Assembly (NCBI RefSeq): GCF_000711695.1
Contig: NW_013547012.1
Span: 62,001-126,000 of the forward strand
Source: Tilletiaria anomala UBC 951
Lineage: Eukaryota
Length of the DNA stretch: 64,000 bases
Reading direction: 5' to 3'
The notes under the pieces were generated by a model. The model did no database searches. It saw only the letters and a list, made by a program, of their open reading frames with translations, and had not been told where the DNA came from. Positions 14,215 to 26,480 of this stretch are shown one piece after another. A program made the translations under genes and the position numbers. The first letter of the stretch is position 1; every line of letters begins with the position of its first letter.

Positions 14215-15997
14215 CGCGGCATGTGTTGATATGACTTTTTGGCCGGACGGCTGAGAAAGAGCGGAAAAGAAGGGATTCTGCTGGTCTGTTACAAGGAGTG
14301 TGAGGGGTCGGGAACGATGCGATGATGCTGATGATGATAAAGAAGAGCGACACCACCCCGTTTGGATCCAGCGCAAAGGGGGAAAGTTACGAGCGAGGAT
14401 GCGAATGGGATCCACGGGACGGGGAAAAGGAGGTCGTCGTTAAGATGTACATAAATCGGCGAGGTCAAGAGCACCTTTAGGATGATGCGACACAGTGATC
14501 AAGGAGCGACCTGTGAGCGGGGAAGAAGCCGGAATCGAGGAGACAAGGGTTGGTTTTAGCTTGCCGGCTTGCTTGCGAGTCGTCCATGTTAGTGCGGTTC
14601 ACTGTAGCGCAGCGCGTGTGGGGGGGGAGACAAAAAGCGAGGCAGACAGACAAGCAACTGCCACGTTCTGCGGCTCAAGTGAAGTGCACATTAGGCACAG
14701 AGGGAATGAATGGGACAGCGAGGATCTTCGTGCCCTCGCTAATGGATCGACAGTTGCAGGCTGGCCGCAAGCGATCCAGTCTGGCACAATGTGGAAACGG
14801 GTGGAAAATAATAAAAAAATCACGCCCACCACACCGGTGCCCCGTGCCCCGAGAAACGGTGCGACGCGTGGCACATTGGCCGCCGCTGCCAGCAGCGGCG
14901 GCGCGCACTAGCACGAACGTCTTTTATTTCGGGGTGAGTTGACGGAATTTGGTTGGCCACAGCCCCAAAGCGACAACTAACAGGGCCGCGCCGAGCACAG
15001 CATCGCTGCAAGCCACGCTGCCACAGCGGCTGACGCTTTACAAACAGTATTGTGACATCTTTCTAGACGTTGGCCACCTCCGTGATGATGCAGAACAGTC
15101 AAATACCCAACCACCAGAGACCCAGACTGAAACGCAGTACTGAGTGAGGCTCAGATTGGCACTTGGCAACTTTGCTAGCCCCTGCCAACTTACCGCTGTC
15201 GCCTGCACTCAAATGACTACTGTCAAGTGCTCAGACTGGCGAGGGACCATGTACACATTGATGACGTCTTGAGAGTGGCTGGACAAGACATGGCGACCTT
15301 GGGCCGCAACAAACGTTTGCATGCGTTCGCATTTCCTCTGAGGCCCGAAAGAAGTGGAATTGTGGGATCGGCGAAGCCGTCTGCCCTTCAGCGCGATAAC
15401 CCACACGAGGCAGGGGGACAGTGTTCCAGCATCATGCCTTGCTGCACCCAGCGGCGGGAAACCATCGCTCTTGGTGCCAAATCGCCGGGGGTTTAACAGT
15501 GCATAGCATACTTTCTACAAAACTCTTGCGTGCCGCCTTGGCAGTTTGCATGATGGCACTGCGCCAGCTTGTACGTGCGACGTGAGTTCAGCATCTCACA
15601 CGGCAAAAACCACCAAACGCAGGCACTACAGCAGTCGGAACAACACGGCAGAGGGACGAGCCGCCGATTCCCAGCAGGTCACGCTCAGCTGCTCTAGAAA
15701 CGACCCGCGCAGTGACTGCGGGGACTCCCACTGGGGCTTTCGCACCGATCGACCGAGCCGTTACTACTCTGGCAGATTAGAACCAGAAAGAGTAAACCAA
15801 GAGCCAAGAGGGGGCCTCTCCCATTTCAGATTATCTCTATGCGAAGCGGGAGTCTTCATGAGGGCTACAAGTAATCTACAAGGTGAAACGCCGGTGCCAG
15901 AGGTAGCATCGCGAGCAAGGTGTAACGTGTGAAAGTCTATGAATGCAAGATGCAACACGACCACAGAGTCCACTATGTAGCCTGATCTGGAACACCG

Positions 15998-17682
15998 TCA
16001 AATGCATGGCAAGCCAAGCAGAAGCGGCACAGTTAGAGGGTACTGAGTCGAACGGGGCGCAGTCGCGTAGATGTGCAGATAGTCAAACTCAAAGCGTGCG
16101 TCTTGGAATGCTTGCGTGTTTTCTAGACGGTCGAGGAGGCGAGGCACAGTGCAATGTGCAGCGCGATTTGGCAGGGGATGTTTGGGAGGATCACCGTCGG
16201 CGCCGAGCCACTGCCAGTATTTGTCGGCGTCTCGGACTCACTTCGAACATACTCCTCGCAGGTGAGGTTCGTCGGGTAACCAGGTGTAGTGATCAACATC
16301 TCTCCAGCCCCTTGCAAACGAGAGAGCGTGATCCGAGCAAGAAAGAGCAAGGCGAGTCAGGGAACGCTGCGCGACATGCTCGCCAGGAAGCAAGGCAGAC
16401 GCAGCACGAGTGAACGTGGCCACGCACAGTCTCTGCAGAACTTCAAGTCGAAGATAATCTCGTTTGACCCCAAGGAAGGCGTCCAGGTCGCAAAGGCCTT
16501 CGTGGCTGACGAAGCGTGCATGCGGCATGCCCCACTGCCGCACGGCGTCTTCGGTCAGCACAAACGCCGGCGGGGGCACCTCCGCGCTCGCGCTCGTGTC
16601 AGCATGCGCAGGACAGAAGAAGACTCTGATATAGATCCCTGTGTCGTTGGGCGCCGCGATGTGGCGCATAATGGCATAGCCGCCGCCGCCGCGCCGTTTT
16701 AAACCGGTCCGAACGACGCATTCGTCCCCACGTGGATGCCACAGTCCGGCTGCGTCTGGTAGTCGATGTGGCCAAAAGAGCCGGATCGTCGCATTCATTG
16801 TTGCTGAGGAGCCCGTGTCGGAGAGCGCTGCAGCCGAGTTGAAAGGCAACATTGCGCAGCCTGCCGGCGTGTGCAGCGTTTCGATATTGGTGCCTTGATC
16901 ATCCACGCCTTCGAGCTGAAATGGAGCAACAGTTCATTCAGCAAGGCCACCTCTCTCTCTCGCGCGCGCGCGCGAGCAGAGCGCTCCGGACGCCGGTCGG
17001 GGGCGCGCGAAGGTGGCGTTCCGTTCGCTCGGCGACGCATGATGTCAATCTCGCGCGTCGTCTGCCATGAGGCCTTTCCGAAGATCCAGTACACGGGGCA
17101 CCTGCCGCAGCATTGTGGCATGCGCAAGATCTTGGCAATGACGATGCTGTTGCCAAGCTTTTGTTTGCGTTGGATCCGGTTCGATGGACTGGCCTTGTTA
17201 CTGGTCGCGAAGTCAACTGGCCTGGTGCCCGGCTGCAGGACAAGGCGGCCCGTCACGGGCTCGGTGTACACGAGCTTTTGGGATTTGGCTGTGCGCTGGT
17301 CGACATAGCTGTTTTCATTCAGAGAAATTTGCGATGTCAGATGTTACGCAGAGCGGTCCGTCCTGTAGGCGCCAGATCACTCTACATGACCTTGCCTAGG
17401 ATCTGCCACCATTTGACGGAGCATTCACCGAGGAATATCGCTCGAGTCAGCCAGCATGAAGTGCGTTGCTCGGAGCGAGCGCGCTCACTCTGGGCCTTTC
17501 GCGCGCCTCTGCTCAGCGTCGTAGCTCCACCACCAGAATTGGTCGAAGAACGCATTGCTGCTGATCTCGTGCGAGAGCGAAAGTCTTTTGCAGGTACGCG
17601 CTCCGTCGGGTTCACCCCGAGCAGCAGCAACAGCAGCAGCGTTGCCTGCGCCCACAGCCAAGGGATTGACGTGGAGTCTCAT
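15998..17682 (-). pseudogene. Decayed glycoside hydrolase family 16 (fungal endo-1,3(4)-beta-glucanase) gene
   Basis: GH16 blocks occur in the right order across shifting frames: signal-like LLLLLLL, FFDQFWWWSYD, YVDQRTA, RMPQCCGRCPVYW, EIDI|LEGVD, TLHTPAGC, GGGGYA, WGMPHARF, IIFDLKFCRDCA, TCEEYVR, AFQDARFEFDYLHIY. Frameshifts are present and the splice donor at 17040 reads AT instead of GT. Confidence 0.8.
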
Positions 17683-19088
17683 CGGGGCTGTCGAGGATCA
17701 AGCTACCTACTTGTTGGTATGCTCGCATCGGCGCCATTGTATCTATAATACAAGGGGGTGTGGTGGCCGTCACCGAGCTCCTGGATCAGTGGATCTCCTC
17801 GCTGCTGTCCTCGCGATCCAACAAGGAGCTCAGCGTCGAGGTCCTGGTCTTCAACCACGAAAATCAAGATAGCAAAAGTGCTGCCAGTGGGACTGCCGTC
17901 ATGCTCATGGAGCTTCTACCGCGTTTAGCTGGCCACATACGTACGTATCAATTGCAAGGTGCGGGGAGGGCGGCGGGTGCTGCGAAAGCCATACTTCACG
18001 GCCCACTTTATTGCCCGCGCCCCACGGGAGCAGCCTCAGGACGCGGTCACCGAACCGGCTCTCAGAGACGAAGCGATCTACTATCTATCTTGGGCAGTAA
18101 GCATCACGAATCGTGGTGACGGATAGATGCACGCGATGGATGATGTCTGACGCCAGCCTTGTGCGTCGTCGATGCCCGTTTCCTCTCATCACACTCTCCT
18201 CTCGTGACTATTTTGGATATGGCTGCTGGAGGGCGTGGTGTGGCTAGAGGTAGAATATGATCTCATCATGTAACGTCACACGCTCCTGTGCAGGATATAT
18301 ACTCGTTACCCACCTACCCGACCGCACCAGGTAGGACGGACGCAGGCGGCCGCTGATCGACGGGTCTTTGTCCGTCGGTCCTTCTTTAGTGTCGAGGCTG
18401 GGCTTGCGCAGCCCGATGGAGTGTTGGGCAACTGTATGACTGCCGCAGTGCCTCAAATGAAATTTGGAGGGATGGGCCCGAAAGATACAGTGGCCCTGTG
18501 CCGCTCCTCGTCCTTGTCCCCAAAGCACGATCCGCCGCTGCGTGAGAGCAAAGTGGGTGCCTTTTCCAGCCCCAGTCCCCAGCATTCAGCATCAGCATCG
18601 GCATTCCACGGGTGCCGCTAGTGACAAACAGCCGCTGCTCATCAGTCTGCGATCGGCAAAGCGAAAAGGGCGGCGGCGGCACCCGCACCCGGATAGAGTC
18701 CAACCCTGCGCTATATCGAGAGCAAAAAGATGGGCGAGCGAGCCACAGCGGAACCCAACTCGGTCCGCCTTTCTTCCCCCTCTGCCGTTTGCCAAGTGGC
18801 GTTGGCTCACATCACACACTCCACACTTGGACCTCATCCGCTTCACCACCTGCTCCCTTCTAACACACCTGCTTCTCAGTCCTCTTGTGTAACAACGTTG
18901 AGCACGGACGCTGGCTGCCGCGCCTTCGCTGGTCCAACTCCCCTCGTCTCCATTGCATTTGGGTTCTTCGGCCGTCACACACGCGCACACCTGGCAGCGG
19001 GCATCTGCCACGCCGCACAGACAAGCAGAAGCACAAGGGCACAAGGCGAGGGCGCTTGTATATATATATACAGCTTCATGCGGCGGTG

Positions 19089-22000
19089 ATGGGAACGCTG
19101 AGCCTCATGCCGGCGGTAGTTACATCCTCGTCATCCCACGCCGACTACGACTCGGCGCCGACATCGCCTTTCGGCGTCGGCGCGTCCTACAAGATGGATC
19201 GCGTGCCCAGCCCCTTGTCGTCAGGGTCGCCCTCTGCAAGGCGGCGGCAGCAGCAGCAGCAGCATACGTCGCCGTACAGCAGCCCTTCGCCGGCTGGCGG
19301 CACTTCAAACGCACCCCTCGCGTTCCCGGCGGACGTCGGCGCCTCCGAGCTGGAAGAGGCGAAGGAAAAGGAGGAGGAGGAGGAGCTCAACGATTATGCA
19401 CGGCTGATGGCGCGCCTCGAGAACGTCGACATGAACGTGGACGCAAGCGCAGACACCCAGAGCGACAGTGCCACTGGCCTCGGTGCCGAGGGCATGTGCG
19501 TGCGCAGCATCAGCGACGGCAATGGCTCGAGCAGAGTCGCCGCGGCTGTGGTGGGCTCGTCTGCTTCCACGCAGGCCTTGCCGGCCTACGCCAGTCTGCA
19601 GTATCAGAGCGACCCATCAAGCAGCAATGCAGTATCATCTTATGCCGCACAGCAGCTCCGACCGAGCGCGAGCAAGGCCGCTTTTGGCTCCGGCACCTCC
19701 AATGGCACCTCCCCCGAGGTCCAGCAGCAGCACGATCAGCAGCCCGGCTCCTCCTCCACCCCCTCCTCGCGCGCCTCGCCAAATGCCAACGGGCACAGCC
19801 ACTCCTTTGGCACTGGCACTCCAAGCGGGAATGCGGACGGGAACGGGCAGGCGCACGAGAGCGACGATGGCGCGTCAACGACGTCGGCCATGTCCGGCAC
19901 GCTGCGCGAGCGTCGCATGGCCGCACGCGCGCGCCGCGCCCAAGAGCACGGCGGACAGGCCATGCCCGCCGAGTTCCTACACAACGCCGGCGTCCTGCCT
20001 AACATCTCCACCGCGCGCCCACAGCCGCGGCACTACCAGCAGCAACAACAACAGCAACAACAACAGCAACAACAACAGCAACAGCAACAACAACAACAAC
20101 AGCAACAACAACAGCAACAACAACAGCAACAACAACGCCCGCCGAAGAACCCGGCGCGCCGCAGCGTGCTGCTGCAGGCCCAGAGTGAGCATATGCGGAG
20201 AGGGCCCGCGTCCGCGCCCTCTGGCCTTTCTCCACACCAGCACCAGCAAGAGCACCAGCGCCCCTCGCATTCGCCGCAGCAATCGCAGAAGGATGAGGAG
20301 GAGGAGGAGGAGGAGCTGCTAGCCTCACTGGCAGCAGCGTCGGAACAGAGCAGGGAGGCTGCTGCGCAGGCGAGCGAGGAAGAACGGGAACGCGCAGCGA
20401 GGACCGAGGAGCAGGCGAGCGAGGAAGAACGGGAACGCGCAGCGAGGACCGAGGAGCAGGCGCGCGAACATCGGTGGCAGCAGCAGCAGCGCGAGGTGGG
20501 CGAATGCGAGGGTGATCGGGCGCCCGCGCGCCAAGAACCGCGCGTGACCGCTGCTCCGAGCGCGAGCCAAAGCGAGAGCGAGCACGAGCAGGATTTGCGA
20601 AGAGCTTTCGAGGAGGTCAGCGATGAGCTGCATCACACCCTGCTCGTCGAGACTCGCATACGAGAACAGAGCGCCGGCGGGAGCAGGCAAGGCCAGGTGC
20701 CATCCCGCCGCGCTGCAAACCAGGACAGCGACTCGTATGCAGATGCCAGCAACAGCGTCGCGAACAACATGGACTACGATCATGGCAAGTTTCAGCTCCA
20801 GACCCAGGTGCCGGCGCAACCGCCCTTCGTCTCTGCCAACGCGGCGTCGGCGGCGCCTGTTGCTCTGCCATTGGCGTTCGCGAGCAGCTCCGCCGCTGCC
20901 CCACGTGCTATCGATCACTGGGACGATACTCTCGCCGCGGTCCCGAACGATACGCTTCCGCCGCTTCCGTCGTACGACAGCGTCATTGCGCAACAGCGCT
21001 ACCAGCAGGAGCTCGCAGTGCGCGGGAGCATGCGCCCCGCACAGCAACAAAACCACCACCAGCAAGCCCTGCAACGAGCCGCCAGCGCCGAGCCGGTTGA
21101 CAGCCGGCCTGAGACCGAGCCGCTGCTGAACAAAAGCGTCGAGAATCTGCACGATGCACCCTTCCGCGGCGGGCGTAGCAGCCTACGCGCCGGTGGAGGT
21201 GCAGGGCGCGGCGGCGAGCCGGACTATGGATCAGGGTCGGACATTGAAGGCGCCCCGCGGAGGCTCGGAGGGGGAGGGGGGAGACCGGGTGCCGACCCGG
21301 ATTGGCCGACGTACCTGCACGACAACGCCTCGGAGGAATCAGCGACATCCAGCTTGCGCTTGCAGCTGGGCATTCCCGCCTCGCAGCAGAACGACCACCG
21401 CGACTCGAATGGGTCCACGTTGCACCTCTCGCGCATCATTCCGCAGCCGCAGCTGCAAACGCAGACGCAAGCACGTGGGCAGCCTGCGCCGCTCTTGGCC
21501 AGCATCAGCGGACAGGGTATGCGCGCGCCCGTCTCGCCCGCCAGCGCTCCTGACTATCCGCAGCGGCCCGACTACGCGCGGTCGAACAGTGCCTCGACTG
21601 TGCCGCGCAACGCGTCGCGTCCGGGCAGCGGCGCGGCGCCACCCCTGCACGCGCTGTCCCAGTCTGCATCGCGCGCGGGGCCCAGCGAAGAGTTCCGGCC
21701 GGCGTCGCCGGACCGGCTGTCCAATGCGCCGTCCAGCCGGTGGGGCGCTGACTCCATCGCCGGCTACGAGCCGAACGAGCCGTGGGGCACGCTGCGCGAA
21801 GACGATATCGAGTATGAGGAGGTGCGCGAGGCGCAGCAGCAGCTCAGCCTCTTCGGCATCCGGCGCCGGCTCGTGGTCATGTATCCGCAGCTGGGCACAC
21901 GCTCGCTGACGTCAGCGCGGGAGCCGCTAGAGACGACTGTCAATGATGATGACGAGGAGGGCGCCTTGTCCGGCGGCATGGGCGCGTTCGGGCAGGATGT

Positions 22001-23067
22001 GCTGATGAGCGAGAAGCATATGCGCAAGATGGAGGAAAAATACGAGGCTAGAGAGAAGGACCTGACCATTGAGGCATGCAGCAAGCAGGAAATGGCTAGC
22101 GTCACGGTCAGTGTTTACACTGAGTCGCGCGACGGGAGATGGAACATTCGCAGGTCCGTCGAGGCTGAAGGAGGTGCGTGCGAGTTAAACTGAAGTATCG
22201 CATTCTGTCATTCTGTACTAACTTTGGCTGCTTGCGTGTGGTCCATGCGTTGCAGACGAGATCGCTCCAGAGCCGCCAGGTGCCATGGATCCCTGGAGTG
22301 TTCCGATCGATGCAAAAGGCATCTTGGCGCGAAAGAAGCTCAAGTCGAATGTTGAACTCACTGCGACGCGGATGAAAGTCCGCTGTCCGGCATGTCTGCG
22401 CGCGACGAGGCTCGACCTCACGTGCCACTCCTGCCAAGGCACGCTCGTCGTCGAGATGAGCTACGTCGTCACCGTCACCCTGCGCGTGGCCAACTTTCTC
22501 CCGCTCAAACTGCCGTCAATGCACCTGGCTGGCGCGCGTCAGCCACATATCAAATACGTCGACACTATCGACCCGGGGCATCGCAGCAGCGTGCTGCGGG
22601 ATCGGGCGTTGGACGGGACGCAGAGCGCAGCGCAGCGTGTCGGCAAGCAGCATTACCAGCAGCACAGCGCGCGGCTGCTGGTGGCCAAGGCACGTGTCGA
22701 GCGCCGCGGCGTGCTTAGCATTGCCGTAACTTCGAGCAAAACCAAGGTTCGGCGGACATTCGACGTGTCCGACGGGCCGCAGGGCAAGATCACGGACACA
22801 AGCGAGTTCACGCGCGGAGCGGGCCAAACGGCCGAGCGCAGTTCCAAGTCGCTCAACATCAGCCGTTCCTCCAATGGCATCTCTCGCAGCAAGACGGGGC
22901 GTGACACCCAGGAGGTGCTGCAATCGAGCAACAGGAGCATCGCGGGAGGCTACGCGGGCAGCATGTACGCGCCGAGCACCTACGCGCCTAGTACGTCCAA
23001 TGTCTCCGTCTTTTCTTCTCGCAGTGCCAAGGCCAAGGCAGCATTCAAGAGCGTTTTCTCAAAGTAA
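19089..23067 (+). CDS. Large low-complexity polyQ protein with a C-terminal SSUH2-like CxxC...CxxC domain
   Basis: ORF of >1000 codons, joined by intron 22174-22255 to the 22285-23067 ORF. The folded-looking C-terminus contains TESR..W, PGAMDPW, CPAC and CHSCQG. Confidence 0.78.
20037..20135 (+). repeat. CAA/CAG trinucleotide repeat encoding 33 Gln
   Basis: Uninterrupted run of CAG/CAA codons, read directly. Confidence 0.95.
20366..20455 (+). repeat. Perfect 45-bp tandem duplication (QASEEERERAARTEE x2)
   Basis: 20366-20410 is identical to 20411-20455. Confidence 0.93.
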
Positions 23068-23723
23068 CAGTGGAGCATATGGACACGGGGCTGCGCTTTG
23101 GAGCGCCTGTAGTGTTTGTTCAAGTGTTTATAAAGGGGGCATAAGCGGAGGGAAATATTGTTCAGATGTTCACACAACTCTGTTCACGGTTCAGCTCCTT
23201 CGAGACTTGCTTGCATTCAGCATTTCTACTCAACTCTCTCGCTGGCGGTTGTAGTCACCTTCCCAGCCAAAACAAGGGCTGGCTTGCAGGGAGAAGGCTG
23301 ATGCTGTCTGCAATGCCGTTCTATCGTTCGACGATGAGCAAGGAGGTGTTCTATGTGTTAATTTGTGTGCTCCAAAGCCCCCATTCGAACAAACGCGACC
23401 CGCACGTGCATCTCATGTTCGGCTGCTCGGCGTCATCGCCCTGCTGTTAGCAAGTTTTTCAAAAAGCTTCTCCCATAAACCACTGACAATGTGCACGTTG
23501 TAGGTTGACAGCTTATGGAGAGAGATACGTCTACGACGTCTCCGATGCCAGCACATTTGGCGCAGACAGTATGCCCGCGAAGCATCCTTCCAGCGCTGAA
23601 CCCAACATGTAAAGGTATATTCGGCAATGGACAGATCCTGAAACGCAGTTGGAAGACAATTGTCGATCCGTGGCTATTACACGGCCGTCTGGAAGCCGTG
23701 CCTCTCGCTTGTGGATGACCAAA

Positions 23724-25478
23724 ATGCAGCTGCTCGCTGCACCACTGCTGCTGACCGCCTTCCTGGCCACCGTCGCCAGCTCTGCCGCGCTCGACATCGA
23801 CGGCGACGATGAGCTGAACTGGGGTCTTCCGGCGCACGTCTTTTACCATCTCGGACAGTATGGTCCTCGATTTGCTGTCGACAGCCAGATCGAGCCAGCA
23901 GTTGCGCCGCCATTGGGCTGTCACGTCGTCTTTGTCAACTCGCTCGAAAGGCACGGCGTGAGACATTTCACCTCAGGGTGATTATTATACTCTTCAAACG
24001 TTTCCCGCATATCCGGCGCGCATTGCTAATGGCTTCCGTAGCCTTCTGACAGAGCATACAAGCGCACTGTTGCCTCCATTAGCAAGCTCCACACTGCCCT
24101 TCAAGGGTTCAAGGATTCTGAGCTGGCAGACCCTGCTCTCGGCTTCTTCCGCAACTTGACCGTCTCGAGCACGACCGATTCACTGGTTCCCTATGGTGCA
24201 TTGCAGTGCGTCTGCTCTTGCATTTTGCATCCTCCCGCATTTCGAGCTGACTCTTACGCTGCACACACTCGACCCAGAGCGTACTATTCTGGACGCTCGA
24301 CTCGTGAAGTTTATCGAAAGCAGAGCCACCTCTTACCTTTTATTCGAGCATCGGGAGACGAGTCTCTGGGTAATGACAGAGTGATCGTGACGGCCAAGTA
24401 CTGGCGTCTTGGTTTCTCTGGTGCCAACTTTCCATCGGGCTCTTTCACTAGGTCGCAACAGATTCGCCAAGCTCCAGGCTTGCAAAAGCCTGATATTGTC
24501 TTCTCCGAGCGGTCGGGGCAGAACAATACACTCGATGTCAAAACCTGTACCAATGCTGGGCATTTGTCCCCAGACCTAGAGGATGCCGCGCAAGAGGCAT
24601 ATGGCGAATCCACGATCTCACCTGTGATCGGAAGGCGCCTTGCAAGCCGCCTGGCGCCGGCTAAGGTGGATCTCACGTATGCGGACATCATGCACATCAT
24701 GGGCTTGTGCTCGTTCAAGACGCTCAGCAACGCCAATATCACAAACGGCAAGCTGCAGCTAACCGTCAGCCCTGTCTGCGGTGCTTTCAACGCTACCGAG
24801 TGGAAAATCTACGGTTATGCTAACAGCGTTGGCAAGTATGCCGGTGCGGGCTATGGCAACCCTTACTATAAGGCGCTCGGACAAGGCTTCTTGAGGGAAC
24901 TGTACGCGCGCCTGGACGGTACGGCACCACCGCTCTCTGATCCTACTTCGCTGAACTCGACCCTCGGCGGCCAAGTCTCCACATTTCCGCTCCCTTCGTC
25001 AAAAGGGCATCTAATCTACTTTGACGGTTCGCACGATAACAATATTGGGCCCATCGCCGCCGCCTTCGGCCTCTTCGACGGGCCAGCCTTGACGACGGGA
25101 GCGCACGCCGAGCGCAACACACACGCGTGGGATTTCGCGCGCATCGCACCACTGCAGGGCAAGATCGTCTTCGAGAAGCTCATCTGCGCTGCGCCTCCGA
25201 CGAGGCGTACGCTCGGTAGCCGCCGCCGGCAGCGCTCCCAGACGGCATTGGCGGTGGTTGACGCGGCAGGCACCCGCAACCAGCAAGCTTACGTCCGCGT
25301 GCGTGCGAATGCTGCTGTTCAGAACCCAGAGGGCGCGCCATGGTGCCCCACGTCTCGCCGCCATCCCAACACGGACGACATGGACTACCTGCAACAAGGG
25401 CTGTGTCCGCTGGAGTGGGTCCTGGAAGCGCTTTCGTGGGTCAACACGGAAGATGAATGGGCTAAGTGCTTCACTTGA
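23724..25478 (+). CDS. Secreted histidine acid phosphatase / phytase
   Basis: Signal peptide MQLLAAPLLLTAFLATVASSA. HLGQYGP, active-site LERHGVRH and distal SHDNN motifs. Introns 23978-24052 and 24206-24277. Confidence 0.9.
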
Positions 25479-26480
25479 TGAGATGCGGTCCTAAGAAGTA
25501 TTATAGCAGTTGGTATCTAGAGCATGATCTACGGTATGTATGTAAAGCAACACGGTTTAAAAGAGGCATGCAATCGCTGATGAGAGAAGCGCTCTACATC
25601 TGTAGTGTATTGCCCTGCTAGGCCTTGCGCGCTCTTCGCACAGTCACCTGTGATGGCGCCTGCGGCGGTCTTGAAATAGCCGGCAGCCTGTACCACACCA
25701 AACGCAGGAAAAATCAGCGCGTTACTCGTGCAACAATTGAACAGCATCATGGACGGCAAGTATTCGATTGTTCCAGAAAAGATGGACCATGTCCTGGGCG
25801 GCATTCGCGTGCCGCTGTGCTTTCAGTGCTTTGTACTGCACATCTTGTGCCTTTGGCGCGGTCGCCGGCACGAGACTCTAATAATATTCAGTCTGCAGTG
25901 ATGTATGCTTTTGTAGCACTCAACGAAGTCGGTTTTCTCTGATCTTCGCTGCTGCTCACGCTGGTTATCTCTCATCCGCTAGGCCATACTACTCTCAGAC
26001 CATCGTATTCAGACCCCACTGAGCAGAAACCAAACCACGGGCATTTACCCCAAACTCGCTCCACTCGTTACTCGCATACACCGTAAAAGTCACAGGATTT
26101 GCCCGTATCTCTGCATCCTGACCGCTGGTCCCTTTGTGGACACTGTGCATGGTACAGGTGAACTTCTGTCTGTGTCTGCGTGCAAGCTCGATCCTTCACA
26201 CCAGTGGAGGCAAGAAAGCCGACATTCTCTCCGCCGGCATCATGGCCAAGATATGGCAAGCAGATGAACACATTCATTGTTTGGGTTGGTCGTCACATTC
26301 GAGGTCAAATTCTCTTAGTAACAGTACACAGAGTGAGGTTCTGTGAGCAAGGAATAGATAGGTACGCGCGAAACCCAGAGAAAAGGAGTGTGTATGTGTG
26401 TAACTGTGAGATTATTTATATATTGCTCTTGAAGGTTGCGAAATGGAGATCGGATACGAGAATGTATTGTACGCGCAAGT

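Noticed and set aside
16238..16906. 222-aa ORF as a stand-alone hypothetical gene
   Set aside because: Better explained as one exon of the decayed GH16 gene.
16951..16974. (CT)5(CG)7 tract, potential Z-DNA
   Set aside because: Short simple repeat inside a pseudogene intron, with no sign of function.
17760..18119. Plus-strand 119-aa ORF with a coding-like start
   Set aside because: No ATG start, family motif or convincing exon chain. It may be a gene fragment but cannot be supported.
25529..26280. Short minus-strand ORFs between the phytase and CRAL-TRIO genes
   Set aside because: Partly protein-like, but there is no identifiable family and no consistent splice model.
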